Shown here: piece after piece, positions 19,064 through 28,401 of the stretch | Position numbering within the stretch: the first letter of the stretch is position 1 | Layout: the number at the start of each line of letters is the position of its first letter | NCBI GenBank assembly: GCA_041484665.1 | Contig: JBGPIA010000001.1 | Coordinates: 192,001 to 256,000 of the forward strand | From: Candidatus Krumholzibacteriia bacterium | Lineage (GTDB): Bacteria > Krumholzibacteriota > Krumholzibacteriia > JAJRXK01 | DNA length: 64,000 bases | Direction of reading: 5' to 3' | Made by a program: the position numbers and the translations under genes | Notes under the pieces: model-generated | The model's input: only the letters and a program-made list of their open reading frames with translations | Databases searched by the model: none | What the model was told of the DNA's origin: nothing

Positions 19064-20067
19064 GCTGCTCGATGAGCCCCCTCTCGCCGCCCGGTGGAGA
19101 TGCAGTGCCGCATGCAGCGCGGCGTGCGCCACGCCGTGCGACTGCTTTGACGGCGGCGCTGGCGGGCGCGCTGGCGCTGACCGCCTGCCTCTCGTCATGC
19201 CTGCTGCTGTCGCCCGACCGCCACGGCCGCTCGACCTTGACGATCAACATCGTCGTAACGGGCACTGCAATCCCCCCGGGCAAAGCGGAGCGGGCTGCGC
19301 AGAACGCCGCGCCGTCGTGCCAGACGCTGACCCAGTACCTCGCGCACCCGGCGCAGCTGTCGGCCTGGGTGCGCGTGTGGCGCTACCTACCCGGCGCCGG
19401 GACGGACAGCCTGCTGGCGGCCGAAGGGCCGCTCACGGTCGGAGCGTACGACGCCGTGCAGCAGACGTTGCCGCTGAGTGGGACGCTCCAGCTGCCCGCC
19501 GGGCCGGCTGGCAGCCGCGATCGGCTGCACGTCGGACTGCAGGCCACGGGCGACCAGCTCACGGCCACGGCGATCCCAGGCCCGGCGACCTTCGCGGGTA
19601 CGCTCACGTTCGCTTCGGGCCTGGGCGTCGGCGTGGACTCGTTTACGGTGACGCCCTTGCCGCCCATTTACGGCGCGGTGGGCCTGGTGAGCTCCCCCGC
19701 AGTCAACGGTGGCGAGCCGGCGAGCTTCAACTTCGTGCTGCGCTACGACAGCCTCACCAACCACATGCTCGCCAGCTACGAGGACCTGCAGTACGCCTGG
19801 CAAGGCACGACACATCACCTCGTGGTGAGCGTGGACGGCGGCCTGCAACCGGTCGTGATCTTCGCGGGTGCGGGAGACCTCCCCGCGCTCCCGGCGGGAG
19901 TCGACACCCAGGTCCTGGTGGACGTGCTGCCGACCGGCCAGCTCCCGGGCAGCGCCGGGGAGCGCCTGGATGCGGATGTCACGGTCCAGTTCGTCGGTGA
20001 GCCGTTGCGCGAGACCGGGCGTGTGCAGCTGACGCGCAGGGTGTCGCTCTGCCGGTTGCCGGAGTAG
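19060..20067 (+). CDS. Hypothetical exported/lipoprotein, beta-sandwich rich
   Basis: Signal with LSSC lipobox candidate; coupled to the upstream gene. Confidence 0.5.
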   Translation: MSCSMSPLSPPGGDAVPHAARRAPRRATALTAALAGALALTACLSSCLLLSPDRHGRSTLTINIVVTGTAIPPGKAERAAQNAAPSCQTLTQYLAHPAQLSAWVRVWRYLPGAGTDSLLAAEGPLTVGAYDAVQQTLPLSGTLQLPAGPAGSRDRLHVGLQATGDQLTATAIPGPATFAGTLTFASGLGVGVDSFTVTPLPPIYGAVGLVSSPAVNGGEPASFNFVLRYDSLTNHMLASYEDLQYAWQGTTHHLVVSVDGGLQPVVIFAGAGDLPALPAGVDTQVLVDVLPTGQLPGSAGERLDADVTVQFVGEPLRETGRVQLTRRVSLCRLPE

Positions 20068-20131
20068 TCGCAGCGCCACCGGCCACGATCGCGCTCGGCT
20101 TGGATCGCCAAGGGCGCGGTCGCGCGCCCGC

Positions 20132-21106
20132 TCACCCCGCCAGATAGCTCGTCCGGCCCAGCCGCGCCTGCCAGGGGTCGCCCAGAACTGCGTGGCGGTC
20201 CTGCGGCCGCAACACGAGGTCGATGTCGTACGCGACGCCGGCCGGAGCCGCGGCGGCGAGCAGCGCCTGCGCCTTCGCGCGCCAGGTCGCGTCGCGATCG
20301 AACGCCAGGAAGGACGAGAGCGGCACGGGCCCGATGCGCGCGATGATCTTGGGCGCCGGATCGACGAATTGCGGACCCAGCAGCACGCCCTCCCCCAGGC
20401 GCGCGCCCGAGGTTCCCAGCGGCGCCCGCAACGCCTGTGGCAGGCACAGCCCCGGACCGCGCGCGATCACGATCGCAACCGGCAGCCCCAGGAACTGCTC
20501 GAGCACGGTGGCGATCCCCGCCGCCGGACCGACCCAGCGGTGCAAGCGCTGTAGCTCGCTGGCCAGGAAGATCGCCTCCTGGTCGTCCAGCGGGAGGTCC
20601 GCCAGCCCAACGAACGCAAGCCCGCGCCGCGCGAAGGCCGGGTCATTGCCCACCAGGCTGAGGCCGTCGCGCAGGCGCTCCAGATCGCGGTCCAGGCGGC
20701 CCAGCGCCTTGTCGAGCACGGTGATCAGCCGACGGCCGGGGCCGTAGGCGCCCACCTGGCGCTCCCAGAAGTCGAGCGTCTGTCCGGGCTCGATGGCGAC
20801 GTGCGCCTCGTCCTGCGTGGTGGGCAGCGGCTCGAGGAACTCGTGCGGCAGTCGCTCGGCCAGCCCGTTGCGGGCCACGAACAGAATGACCGCGGTACGC
20901 TCGTCCAGTGGGGTGCCGGCCGCCGGAATCTGTCCGACCACCTCGCCGCGGAACGACTCCAGGGGCCCCACGGGGATCAGCTCGACGCGCTGCGGGTCGA
21001 CGCCCAGCGCCGCCAGCGACGCCACCGCCGCGCAGGCCCTCGGCGTCGGGATGCGCCGCAGCAGGTCCGGCATCGCCGGCGTGGATGCGCTCGCCCGGTC
21101 AGGCAT
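20132..21106 (-). CDS. tssG: T6SS baseplate subunit TssG with N-terminal PASTA-like domain
   Basis: GLAERLPHEF, LEQFLGLPVAI, ARLGEGVLLG and RIGPV motifs; follows tssF; N-terminal MPDL...GEVVGQIPAAGTPL...VILFVA. Confidence 0.75.
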   Translation of the reverse strand: MPDRASASTPAMPDLLRRIPTPRACAAVASLAALGVDPQRVELIPVGPLESFRGEVVGQIPAAGTPLDERTAVILFVARNGLAERLPHEFLEPLPTTQDEAHVAIEPGQTLDFWERQVGAYGPGRRLITVLDKALGRLDRDLERLRDGLSLVGNDPAFARRGLAFVGLADLPLDDQEAIFLASELQRLHRWVGPAAGIATVLEQFLGLPVAIVIARGPGLCLPQALRAPLGTSGARLGEGVLLGPQFVDPAPKIIARIGPVPLSSFLAFDRDATWRAKAQALLAAAAPAGVAYDIDLVLRPQDRHAVLGDPWQARLGRTSYLAG

Positions 21107-22850
21107 TGCGGGCGGGGGTGCTCTCGTCGCTCTGCGCAAGCTGCACGACCACGATCTGACCGGCCGGCGCCCTCGCCTGCAGGTCGCGTTGCAGGGCGTC
21201 CTGGAAGGCCTCCCGCTCCAGGTCGGAGGTGAACGCCCCCGTCCGGTGGCGCGCCGTGACGGTGACGCATGAGCCCACGCCGCCCGCCGTGCGCGCGACG
21301 CCGCGACCAACCTCGGCGCGCACGATGCGCGTCGGGTCGAAGGCCGCGGCCAGCGCCCGGTAATCCAGCGCGGTCACGGCCCGCGCGCGGCTGGCCAGCG
21401 CCGAGCGCAGCTCGGCCACGTGGTGCTGCGGCTCCGCCGGCGCGCCGCCGCCGCGGCTGGGCGCCACATTCACTGCATCGAGCACTCCCGGACAGAGGCG
21501 ACGGTCGTAGATCAGATTGATGCTTCCGGGAGCCAGGCCGTCGGCCTCGGCGCCGTGGGTAGTGGTGTAGGCCACCTCGATCTTGCGCGGCCTCACCGCG
21601 CGCTCGGCCGCCGTCAGCCGCAGGCGCGCCACGCCATCGGGTGAGCGGTCGAAGTAGTAACGATTGGGTGAGGCCAGGCCGTCGGGGGTCTCGGCGTCGA
21701 CGTAGCTGAGCGTGTTGGCAGCGTCGAGCACGCTATCGATGCGGAAGACCTGGCGCCACGCGACGGGCAGATCGAGCAGGTGGACCGCGTCCCCGCCCAC
21801 GTTGATCTTGGCCGTCTCACTGTTCTGGTTGAAGGCCACGACACAATTGGCCAAGAGCCGCGCGCGCTGCAGCGCGGCCTCCCCCACCCCCGCCGAGACC
21901 TTCACGCGCACCCAGCAGCGGTTGGGTACCGATGCCAGCTTCCCCGCCGCGATCCCCTCGGTGGCCGCCGCCGGTACCGCGCCCCGCCCGGCGCGCAGCA
22001 CCGCGAGGTCGATCGGGACGAAGTGGCGGTCGTAGGGGCTGTAGGGGCGGCGCTGGTCGGAGCGCACGCGCAGAAGCAGCGCCTCCTGGTCCACCGACCA
22101 CGGTTGCAGCCGGTAGCGGCTGCCGGGGACGTAGGCGGCACCCGCATCGTCGGCGCCGGCCTCCCACGTCGCCCAGATCAGCCCGAGCACCGCGCGCTCC
22201 TCCCCGAGCACGAATACCGGCACCTCGGGCACGTCCAGGCCGTCGGGCACGTCGAGCCCCAAGTGGAGCACCAGCTGCCCGGTCGCCGGGACGCGCCAGG
22301 AAGCGCCGCCGGCCACAGGCGCCCCCAATTCCTCGCTCCCGTCGGCCAACAGGCGCACCTCGCCCGCTGCCGTCTGCAGCAACACCGCCGGGCCACCCAC
22401 GCCCGGCACGAGCGCCTCGCCGACGGGCCCGAAGTGGATCGCGCGCTCCTCCTGTTGTCCGCCTTCGCCCGTGACGGCCTTGCGCCCCACCACCTGCAGC
22501 CCCTCGTCCACGCGGGTCGCGGGGTCTTTCACAGAGAGTTGCAGCACGGTCGACGACGGCACGGGAGCGCGCGGGAACGCCAGCAGGCTCTCCACCAGCT
22601 TCTCGTAGGAGAGGCCGATCACCGAGTCGAGCTTGGCGTAGAGCCGCGCGTACTCGCGCGCCACGGCGCCGAGCAAGAGCCGCACCAGCGGGTCGGTGAG
22701 GGTCGGATCGCGCGACAGACCCGGGATCTGCGCCGCGGCGTCGTCGAGCATGCGCTGCAGCACGGCGGCGTGGTCGGCCTCGTCGCGGCGCAGCCAGGTA
22801 AAGGTGGGGGCCGGGACGTCGCTGCGGGTGCGGTCGCCTTGGGTGGCCAT
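21099..22850 (-). CDS. tssF: T6SS baseplate subunit TssF / baseplate J-like
   Basis: DPLVRLLLGAVARE, ANCVVAFNQ, YTTTHGAEADG and RARAVTALDY motifs (Bacteroidota-type TssF/gp6-like). Confidence 0.8.
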   Translation of the reverse strand: MATQGDRTRSDVPAPTFTWLRRDEADHAAVLQRMLDDAAAQIPGLSRDPTLTDPLVRLLLGAVAREYARLYAKLDSVIGLSYEKLVESLLAFPRAPVPSSTVLQLSVKDPATRVDEGLQVVGRKAVTGEGGQQEERAIHFGPVGEALVPGVGGPAVLLQTAAGEVRLLADGSEELGAPVAGGASWRVPATGQLVLHLGLDVPDGLDVPEVPVFVLGEERAVLGLIWATWEAGADDAGAAYVPGSRYRLQPWSVDQEALLLRVRSDQRRPYSPYDRHFVPIDLAVLRAGRGAVPAAATEGIAAGKLASVPNRCWVRVKVSAGVGEAALQRARLLANCVVAFNQNSETAKINVGGDAVHLLDLPVAWRQVFRIDSVLDAANTLSYVDAETPDGLASPNRYYFDRSPDGVARLRLTAAERAVRPRKIEVAYTTTHGAEADGLAPGSINLIYDRRLCPGVLDAVNVAPSRGGGAPAEPQHHVAELRSALASRARAVTALDYRALAAAFDPTRIVRAEVGRGVARTAGGVGSCVTVTARHRTGAFTSDLEREAFQDALQRDLQARAPAGQIVVVQLAQSDESTPARNA

Positions 22851-22862
22851 GGGCGGGGCGGC

Positions 22863-23255
22863 TCACGCCTCCAAGTCGTAATCCAACGTCAGGAGTTGAC
22901 GCGTGGCCCGCACCGTGGCGACCACTCGGATGCGGCGGTAGGGGAAGTAGCGCCCCGGATCCTTGCCCGTGAATTCGATCTTGTCCACCACGATGCGCGG
23001 CTCGCAACGGCCCAGCGCATTGCGGATCTCGCGCACGACGTCCTGGGCCCGCCCCTGACGGAACTCGTGGTGCGGCAGGTCGGCCCCGAAGTCGGGATCG
23101 CCCGCTGTGCCCGGCGGTTTGGCAGCACCCTGCACCGGGTTGGTGAGGACCAGCCGGATGGTGTGGGCGATGGAGTCCTCCAGCGAGCCGGAGGCCATGC
23201 GGCCGCCTTCCAGGCGCAACGGGAGCACGAGGTAGGGTGCGCGTTCGTCCGGCAT
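22863..23255 (-). CDS. tssE: GPW/gp25-family baseplate protein TssE
   Basis: YLVLPLRL...SLEDSIAHTIRLVLT...DPDFG...IRNALGRCEPRI. Confidence 0.85.
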   Translation of the reverse strand: MPDERAPYLVLPLRLEGGRMASGSLEDSIAHTIRLVLTNPVQGAAKPPGTAGDPDFGADLPHHEFRQGRAQDVVREIRNALGRCEPRIVVDKIEFTGKDPGRYFPYRRIRVVATVRATRQLLTLDYDLEA

Positions 23256-23256
23256 C

Positions 23257-25083
23257 TCAGTTGAGCTTGACCATGGCGCCCTTGACCGAGACCTCCGAGC
23301 CGCCCTGGACCTCCACCTTCATCTTACCGCCCACCTTGGTGTTCATGCCGGAGACCTCCACGTCCGCGTTGGACTGTATGAGGATCTTGCCCTTGGCCTT
23401 CAGGTTGAGCTCGCCCTCGGCCTCCAGGCTGATGTTCTTCTTCGACTTGATGGAGATGTCCTCGTCGGCCTGCACCGTGACTTTTTTCTTCGCCGTGACG
23501 TTGACGTCGCCCTCGGTGGCGATCTCGATCTTGGCCTTGGGGTCGCTCTTGTCGTGTACCAGCGTGATGCGGTTCTTCTTGTCGGGCGTGGTGATCTCGA
23601 TCTTCTCCTCGTCCTTCGTATCGCGGAAGAGGATCTGGTGGCCGCTCTTGGTGAGCAGCACCTTCGCCTCGTTCTTGTCGTAGTCATTCTCGGCGGCCTT
23701 GACGGGCGCCATCTCCGCCGGTCCCCTGCCGTTGTACAGGCTTCCGATCACCACTGGCTGCATCAGATCACCGCCCACGAACGCCACTACCACCTCGTCA
23801 TCGACCTCGGGCAGGAAGTACATGCCCCAGCTCCTGCCGGCGTGGGGCATGGCCACGCGCGCCCAGTTGCTGTCCTGGTCGCCGCTGTCCCCGAGCAGAT
23901 GATGGTACCTGACCTTCACACGTCCGCGCTTCTCGGGGTCCCTGTTGTCGGTGACCACGCCGGCGAACACGTTCGGCTGTTGCGGCCGCTGGAGTGTGCG
24001 CTGCGGATGGGCGATGTCGGTCGGGACGCAGGTGAAGCGATTGCGGTAGCCGCGGCCGTCGCCCTGCAGGGTGTGGCGTACCCGCGTGACGTAGTACTTC
24101 CCCTTCTGGTCTGCGCTCACCCCCGAGATCGTGAGCTCGGTCCCCGGGTCGAGGCCGAGATCGTCGCTCTCCCCCATCCCGACCACCAGGCCGGCGAGCC
24201 AGCCCTCGCGCAGGTGCTGCAACTCTCGGTCGAGCTCGCCGAGATCGCTGGGCGGAAGCGACGGGAGTAGGTGCCCCAGCTTGTTGAAGCTCTGCTGGCT
24301 GCGGTCCTTCGCCTTCACGGCATAGGGATGGCTGGCGCTGTCCGGCGGCTTCGTCTCGCCGAACAGCGGCTTGTGGCTCTTGGCGTCCCAGCCCCGAGCG
24401 GCGAACTTGCCAGGCGCCATGCGCAGCTTCACGCTGAAACGGTGCAGCGCCGCCTCGGTCTCCTCGCCACCCATGGAGAGCTTGGAGCTGCCCGCCTGGA
24501 GGTTCGCCGCGACCTTCAGCTTCTGCCCGTCATACCACGCCCACAGCCCCTCCAGCTGGCACATGCGCCGCAAGAAATCGTAGTCGGTCTCGCCGTGCTG
24601 GAGGACGTATTCGTGCTTGGTCGTGGTGGTCGCGCTGACCTCGCAGAACGCTCCATAGGAAGACGCCAACTGCTTGAGCGCATCCGCGGTGGTCATCTGC
24701 AGCCAGCGGATGTTGCGCGGCACGCCGTCCATCAGGATGGTCTGGGAGGCGCCCCGCAGCGTCACGGAGTAGGCGCCCGTGAGCAGACGCTGGTGGCGCA
24801 CTTCGGTGACGATGCCCTTGAACTTGATGCCCTGCTCCGCGGTCTTGCCCTGCCAGGCGGCCTCGATCTCCAGCGGCTGGCCCAGTGCGTCGTAGAGGCC
24901 ATCGAGCGGCTCGCTGCCGCCGCCCACCAGGTCGCCGGCGTCGGCGGCCAGGCTCAAGCACTCCACGCTGAAGGTGTGGTGCCCCCACAGTGGCTGGTCG
25001 AGGACGATGCTGCCGCAGCGGATCTTCTTGCTGGCGAGGTCGGTCCCCGACAGCTTCACGGACACCTTGGTGGCGAACGCCAT
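23257..25083 (-). CDS. vgrG: VgrG spike protein (gp27 + gp5 OB-fold + short beta-helix)
   Basis: QHGETDYDFLRR, VTDNRDPEKRGRVKV, WARVAMPHAG, FLPEVDDEVVVAF; ends VKGAMVKLN. Confidence 0.92.
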   Translation of the reverse strand: MAFATKVSVKLSGTDLASKKIRCGSIVLDQPLWGHHTFSVECLSLAADAGDLVGGGSEPLDGLYDALGQPLEIEAAWQGKTAEQGIKFKGIVTEVRHQRLLTGAYSVTLRGASQTILMDGVPRNIRWLQMTTADALKQLASSYGAFCEVSATTTTKHEYVLQHGETDYDFLRRMCQLEGLWAWYDGQKLKVAANLQAGSSKLSMGGEETEAALHRFSVKLRMAPGKFAARGWDAKSHKPLFGETKPPDSASHPYAVKAKDRSQQSFNKLGHLLPSLPPSDLGELDRELQHLREGWLAGLVVGMGESDDLGLDPGTELTISGVSADQKGKYYVTRVRHTLQGDGRGYRNRFTCVPTDIAHPQRTLQRPQQPNVFAGVVTDNRDPEKRGRVKVRYHHLLGDSGDQDSNWARVAMPHAGRSWGMYFLPEVDDEVVVAFVGGDLMQPVVIGSLYNGRGPAEMAPVKAAENDYDKNEAKVLLTKSGHQILFRDTKDEEKIEITTPDKKNRITLVHDKSDPKAKIEIATEGDVNVTAKKKVTVQADEDISIKSKKNISLEAEGELNLKAKGKILIQSNADVEVSGMNTKVGGKMKVEVQGGSEVSVKGAMVKLN

Positions 25084-25174
25084 CGCGGCCTCTTGCAGGG
25101 CGGAAGGATGCCGGAGGCGGCCGCGAAGGGAAGGCTGCGGCCGCCCCGCTGGTTCGGCGCTGTGTCAGGAGGAC

Positions 25175-25606
25175 CTACATCAGCTCGGCGCCCCACGTGC
25201 TGTTGGGATCGCCCCACTGCACGCCATTGATCGTCAAGGATGGCGCGGAGACGAAGAAGATCTCGGTCTGCGGCGCCTCGCGGGCCTGGTTGACGTGGGG
25301 AACGACCTCCTCGTAGCTCTCGATGAACCCGTTCTTCCACTCCAGGGTCTTGAGGACCTTGTTCTCCTTGCGGGGATCGAGGAACTCGATCTTGCCCGCC
25401 TTGAAGTACTCCTGGTGGGGCTTGATGGCCCAGGTCCAGTAGTCGGTGGCCTCATCGGAGCGGCGGGTGATCTTGATGGAGGCCAGGCGCGGCCGGCTGT
25501 CCACCGGGGCGCCGTTGGTGTCCTTGCCGACGTCGAGTCCGTACTCCACGTCCAGCACGTTGGGGACGGCATTGCCGTCGATCGAAACACGGAACTGCTT
25601 GGCCAT
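25175..25606 (-). CDS. tssD: T6SS tube protein TssD/Hcp (Bacteroidota-type), paralog 2
   Basis: NVLDVEYG...D.NGAP, WAI....FKAGKIEF, KTLEWKNGFIESYEE. Confidence 0.8.
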   Translation of the reverse strand: MAKQFRVSIDGNAVPNVLDVEYGLDVGKDTNGAPVDSRPRLASIKITRRSDEATDYWTWAIKPHQEYFKAGKIEFLDPRKENKVLKTLEWKNGFIESYEEVVPHVNQAREAPQTEIFFVSAPSLTINGVQWGDPNSTWGAELM

Positions 25607-25724
25607 GACCTCTCCTTGCGGGGGGGCGCGTTGATCTGCAAGCGGCTCTGCGGGCAGCCCCAGGGCAGGGGCGCCGGCTGCCGTGCGGCCTCACGGACTC
25701 ATGGACTGCCGTCGAACCAGCGGA

Positions 25725-26120
25725 CTACTTGTTCTTCCAGTCGAAATTGTGCTCCTCGCCCTCGACGCTGATGATCTCGGGCTCGATGATGAACATCTCC
25801 TCCACGTGGTCCCCCGTGTCGGAGTACTCCACGCTGTACTGGCGGACGTACGCCTTCTTGAACTCCAGCGCCTTCATCTTGAGACCATTGGCGTCCACGA
25901 ACGTGATCTTGCCGGCCTTGCGGTTGGCATCGTTGGCGTCGGCCGCCCACTCGGCGATGTCCACCACCTCGTCGGCCACGCGCCGTACGAGGATGCCGTC
26001 GCACAGCACCTGACGGGTCGGGGCGCCGTCGCGGTCCTTGGCGGCCCGCACGCCGTAGCGCACCTCCAGGATGTTCTTCATCTCGTTTCCGTCGATCTCG
26101 ACCTTGGGTTGCCGGGCCAT
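25725..26120 (-). CDS. tssD: T6SS tube protein TssD/Hcp (Bacteroidota-type), paralog 1
   Basis: KDRDGAPT, EWAAD....KAGKITF, MKALEFKKAYVRQYSVEY, terminal HNFDW. Confidence 0.82.
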   Translation of the reverse strand: MARQPKVEIDGNEMKNILEVRYGVRAAKDRDGAPTRQVLCDGILVRRVADEVVDIAEWAADANDANRKAGKITFVDANGLKMKALEFKKAYVRQYSVEYSDTGDHVEEMFIIEPEIISVEGEEHNFDWKNK

Positions 26121-26188
26121 CACTCCTCCTTACATTTGGGCTTGCCCCGGCCTCACTGGACGAGCGGCCTCGTCCACAGGGACCGATC

Positions 26189-27628
26189 TCACGCGGACGC
26201 GACCGAGACGTCGTTGTTGCCGGCCGGATCCTCCTTCACCAGCACATTGAAGGAGTGGACCGACTGTTTGAAACCGAGCTTGAGCTGCACGTCCACCTCG
26301 TGGCGAGCGCGCTGCTCCGGCGTCGCGCGCACCTCGACCTCGGCCGAGTCGAGCGGTTTGGTGTCGCCGACGCACTCGTTGAGGAACTTGCGCAGGTCCT
26401 TCTGGATGGCGGCCAGCGTCTGGTTCGTGATGTTCTTGAACGCCTGCTTGTTGAGGTAGTGGCAGACGTTCTTCACGATCCAGTCCTCGGTGCGGATGCG
26501 GGAGTAGGTGTCCAGCCCCTCCTTGGCGGAGAGGTTCCAGTCGCCCAGCACGCGCACCTTGCCGTCCCAAAAGGCCGTGGGGATGATCCCCAGCTGCTTC
26601 ATCTTGGCCACCTTGTCACGGTCCAGGCGGAAGCGGTCCTTCTGCGGGCCCTGGATGCCGCCCTTCACGTACCCCGCGGCCGACTCGTGGGTTCCCATGG
26701 TGTCGTCGCAGGAGTAGATCAGGCCGGCCAGGTGGGCCGAGGGCGAGACGTAGAGGTCATCGTCCTCGAACTCGTGGCGAGCCCGCCCCATCAGATGGTT
26801 GCCCACCAGCGAGACGTACTGGCGCTCGGGAGTGCTCCCCTTGAGCCCCTCGTAGCCGGTCTCCATCACATCCACCATCGAGTCGTAAGTCTCGTAGTCC
26901 TCCACGTCGGCGAAGACCTGCACCTTGTACATCTCCCCCAGCTTGCCCAGGCGCTCCACTTCCTGGATGCCGCCCGGCCAGTTGGGGACGACCATGGTGG
27001 AATAGACGTTCTTGAGGCTGAAGAACTTGTACTCGCTGCGCAAGGTGTCGGCCAGCGAGTCGAACACCGTACGATCGTCGGAGTCCATGAGCTGCTCGGC
27101 CGTGGCGTTGAAGAACCAGGCGTCGACCGCCTTGCCCGGCTCGGTCTGCGCGTTCGAGAAGAAGCCGTCGATGGCCCGGTAGGCCTTCTCGATGGGCCGG
27201 ACCTGCTCGAAGACGCTGCGCAGGTTCTCGTTGAGCAGCTCGGTGAGCTGCTCCACGCGCTCGCCGGCCTTCTCCTGCACCTCGTCGAGGTCCTCACCGG
27301 CCTCGATGGCCTTGATCCAGGCCGCCAGGCGCTGCTGCAGCAGCTTACGCGGCTGCTCCCAGGTGCTCTTCTCGAGGAAGTCCTTGTACTGCGACTTCTT
27401 CGCGGGGTCCACCAGGCTGAGCGCCGGCAGGTTCACGCCGTCGGACACCGCCTTGGGCATCATCTTGCCCAGCCAGGTCATGGCCTTCTTGGCGTCACCC
27501 AGCCCCAGGCCCGACAACGATGCGGAGTACTCTTCGGCCGTTTGCGCCTCCCCGGCGGGAACTGCGGGCTCGGCGTGGACGGGCTCGGGAGCCTGGGGTT
27601 GCTGTTGCTGGTTCAGCTCATCGGTCAT
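26189..27628 (-). CDS. tssC: T6SS contractile sheath large subunit TssC (Bacteroidota DUF5458-like)
   Basis: RPIEKAYRAIDGFFSN, LYVSPSAHLAG, AAGYVKGG, TYSRIRTEDWIVK...YLNKQAF. Confidence 0.85.
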   Translation of the reverse strand: MTDELNQQQQPQAPEPVHAEPAVPAGEAQTAEEYSASLSGLGLGDAKKAMTWLGKMMPKAVSDGVNLPALSLVDPAKKSQYKDFLEKSTWEQPRKLLQQRLAAWIKAIEAGEDLDEVQEKAGERVEQLTELLNENLRSVFEQVRPIEKAYRAIDGFFSNAQTEPGKAVDAWFFNATAEQLMDSDDRTVFDSLADTLRSEYKFFSLKNVYSTMVVPNWPGGIQEVERLGKLGEMYKVQVFADVEDYETYDSMVDVMETGYEGLKGSTPERQYVSLVGNHLMGRARHEFEDDDLYVSPSAHLAGLIYSCDDTMGTHESAAGYVKGGIQGPQKDRFRLDRDKVAKMKQLGIIPTAFWDGKVRVLGDWNLSAKEGLDTYSRIRTEDWIVKNVCHYLNKQAFKNITNQTLAAIQKDLRKFLNECVGDTKPLDSAEVEVRATPEQRARHEVDVQLKLGFKQSVHSFNVLVKEDPAGNNDVSVASA

Positions 27629-27642
27629 GTTCGCGCGCCTCC

Positions 27643-28092
27643 CTATGCCTCGCCGCCGAGAGCGGACAACGTGGCCTTGAAACCGTTGAGCAGCTGCTCG
27701 CGCTGCTTGGGATCGCTGAGGGCCTTGCGCAAGGTCGCGTTGGTTTTCATGGCCTTGAGGAACTCGGCCAGGATCAGCTTCTCGTTCTTCACGGCCGTGA
27801 GTCGCTCGCTCTGGGCCACCACTGAGTCGACGCTGAAGTCCTTGATGGCGTTGAAGCGGAACTCCGACGACTCGGTCTCACCCTGGTCGTTCTTCACCTC
27901 CGCCTCCACCCGCGGCTGGTAGGTCCCGAAGACGTCAACGATCGACTTGCATTGGGTCAGGGTCGGCTCGGCCCCAGCGTTCTCGTTGAGCGGAGCCACG
28001 AACACCGTGCGGTTGCTATCGAGGATCTCGACTGCCATCGATTGGTCGATCTCCTTGATGTGGTCCGCGAACATATGCTTCAGCTTCGCCAT
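27643..28092 (-). CDS. tssB: T6SS contractile sheath small subunit TssB (Bacteroidota-type)
   Basis: C-terminal part of ORF 27643..29256 from ATG 28092: NRTVFVAPL...KSIVDVFGTYQPRVE...EFRFNAIKDF...LRKAL. Confidence 0.82.
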   Translation of the reverse strand: MAKLKHMFADHIKEIDQSMAVEILDSNRTVFVAPLNENAGAEPTLTQCKSIVDVFGTYQPRVEAEVKNDQGETESSEFRFNAIKDFSVDSVVAQSERLTAVKNEKLILAEFLKAMKTNATLRKALSDPKQREQLLNGFKATLSALGGEA

Positions 28093-28162
28093 CGTTCCCA
28101 CATCCTCCGGGATCTGAGGGGAAGGACGCCGCGAGGGCAGCGGCGTCCGGGCGTTCGCAGGC

Positions 28163-28171
28163 ATCATACCA
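28163..28171 (-). promoter_or_regulatory. Putative extended -10 promoter (TGgTATGAT) for the tssB operon
   Basis: Minus strand reads TGGTATGAT about 70 nt upstream of the tssB start. Confidence 0.4.
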
Positions 28172-28331
28172 CCGGGCGAAAAGGACCGCCTAGGAACAAA
28201 AGTCGTTGTCCGCGCGGCGGTTGCCCAATGGCATCGCCAAGGGAACAGACTGCGGAACCCGGCAGCCGCGCCGGGGGGACCGGTGCCGGATCGCCAGAAT
28301 TTGCGACAAGCGCGCGGGGGGAGCCGAGTCT

Positions 28332-28361
28332 TTGACAGCGTCTCGCGAGCGCACCTAAAAT
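28332..28361 (+). promoter_or_regulatory. Putative sigma70 promoter for clpV
   Basis: TTGACA-18 nt-TAAAAT ending 40 nt upstream of ATG 28402. Confidence 0.6.
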
Positions 28362-28401
28362 CCGACCGTCCCGCACCGACCCCGCACAGGAGGCCGCCCC
28401 C

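Noticed and set aside
20132..28092. Prophage tail or extracellular contractile injection system
   Set aside because: There are no capsid, terminase, integrase, tape-measure or lysis genes. The split TssB/TssC sheath, TssK and ClpV point to a T6SS.
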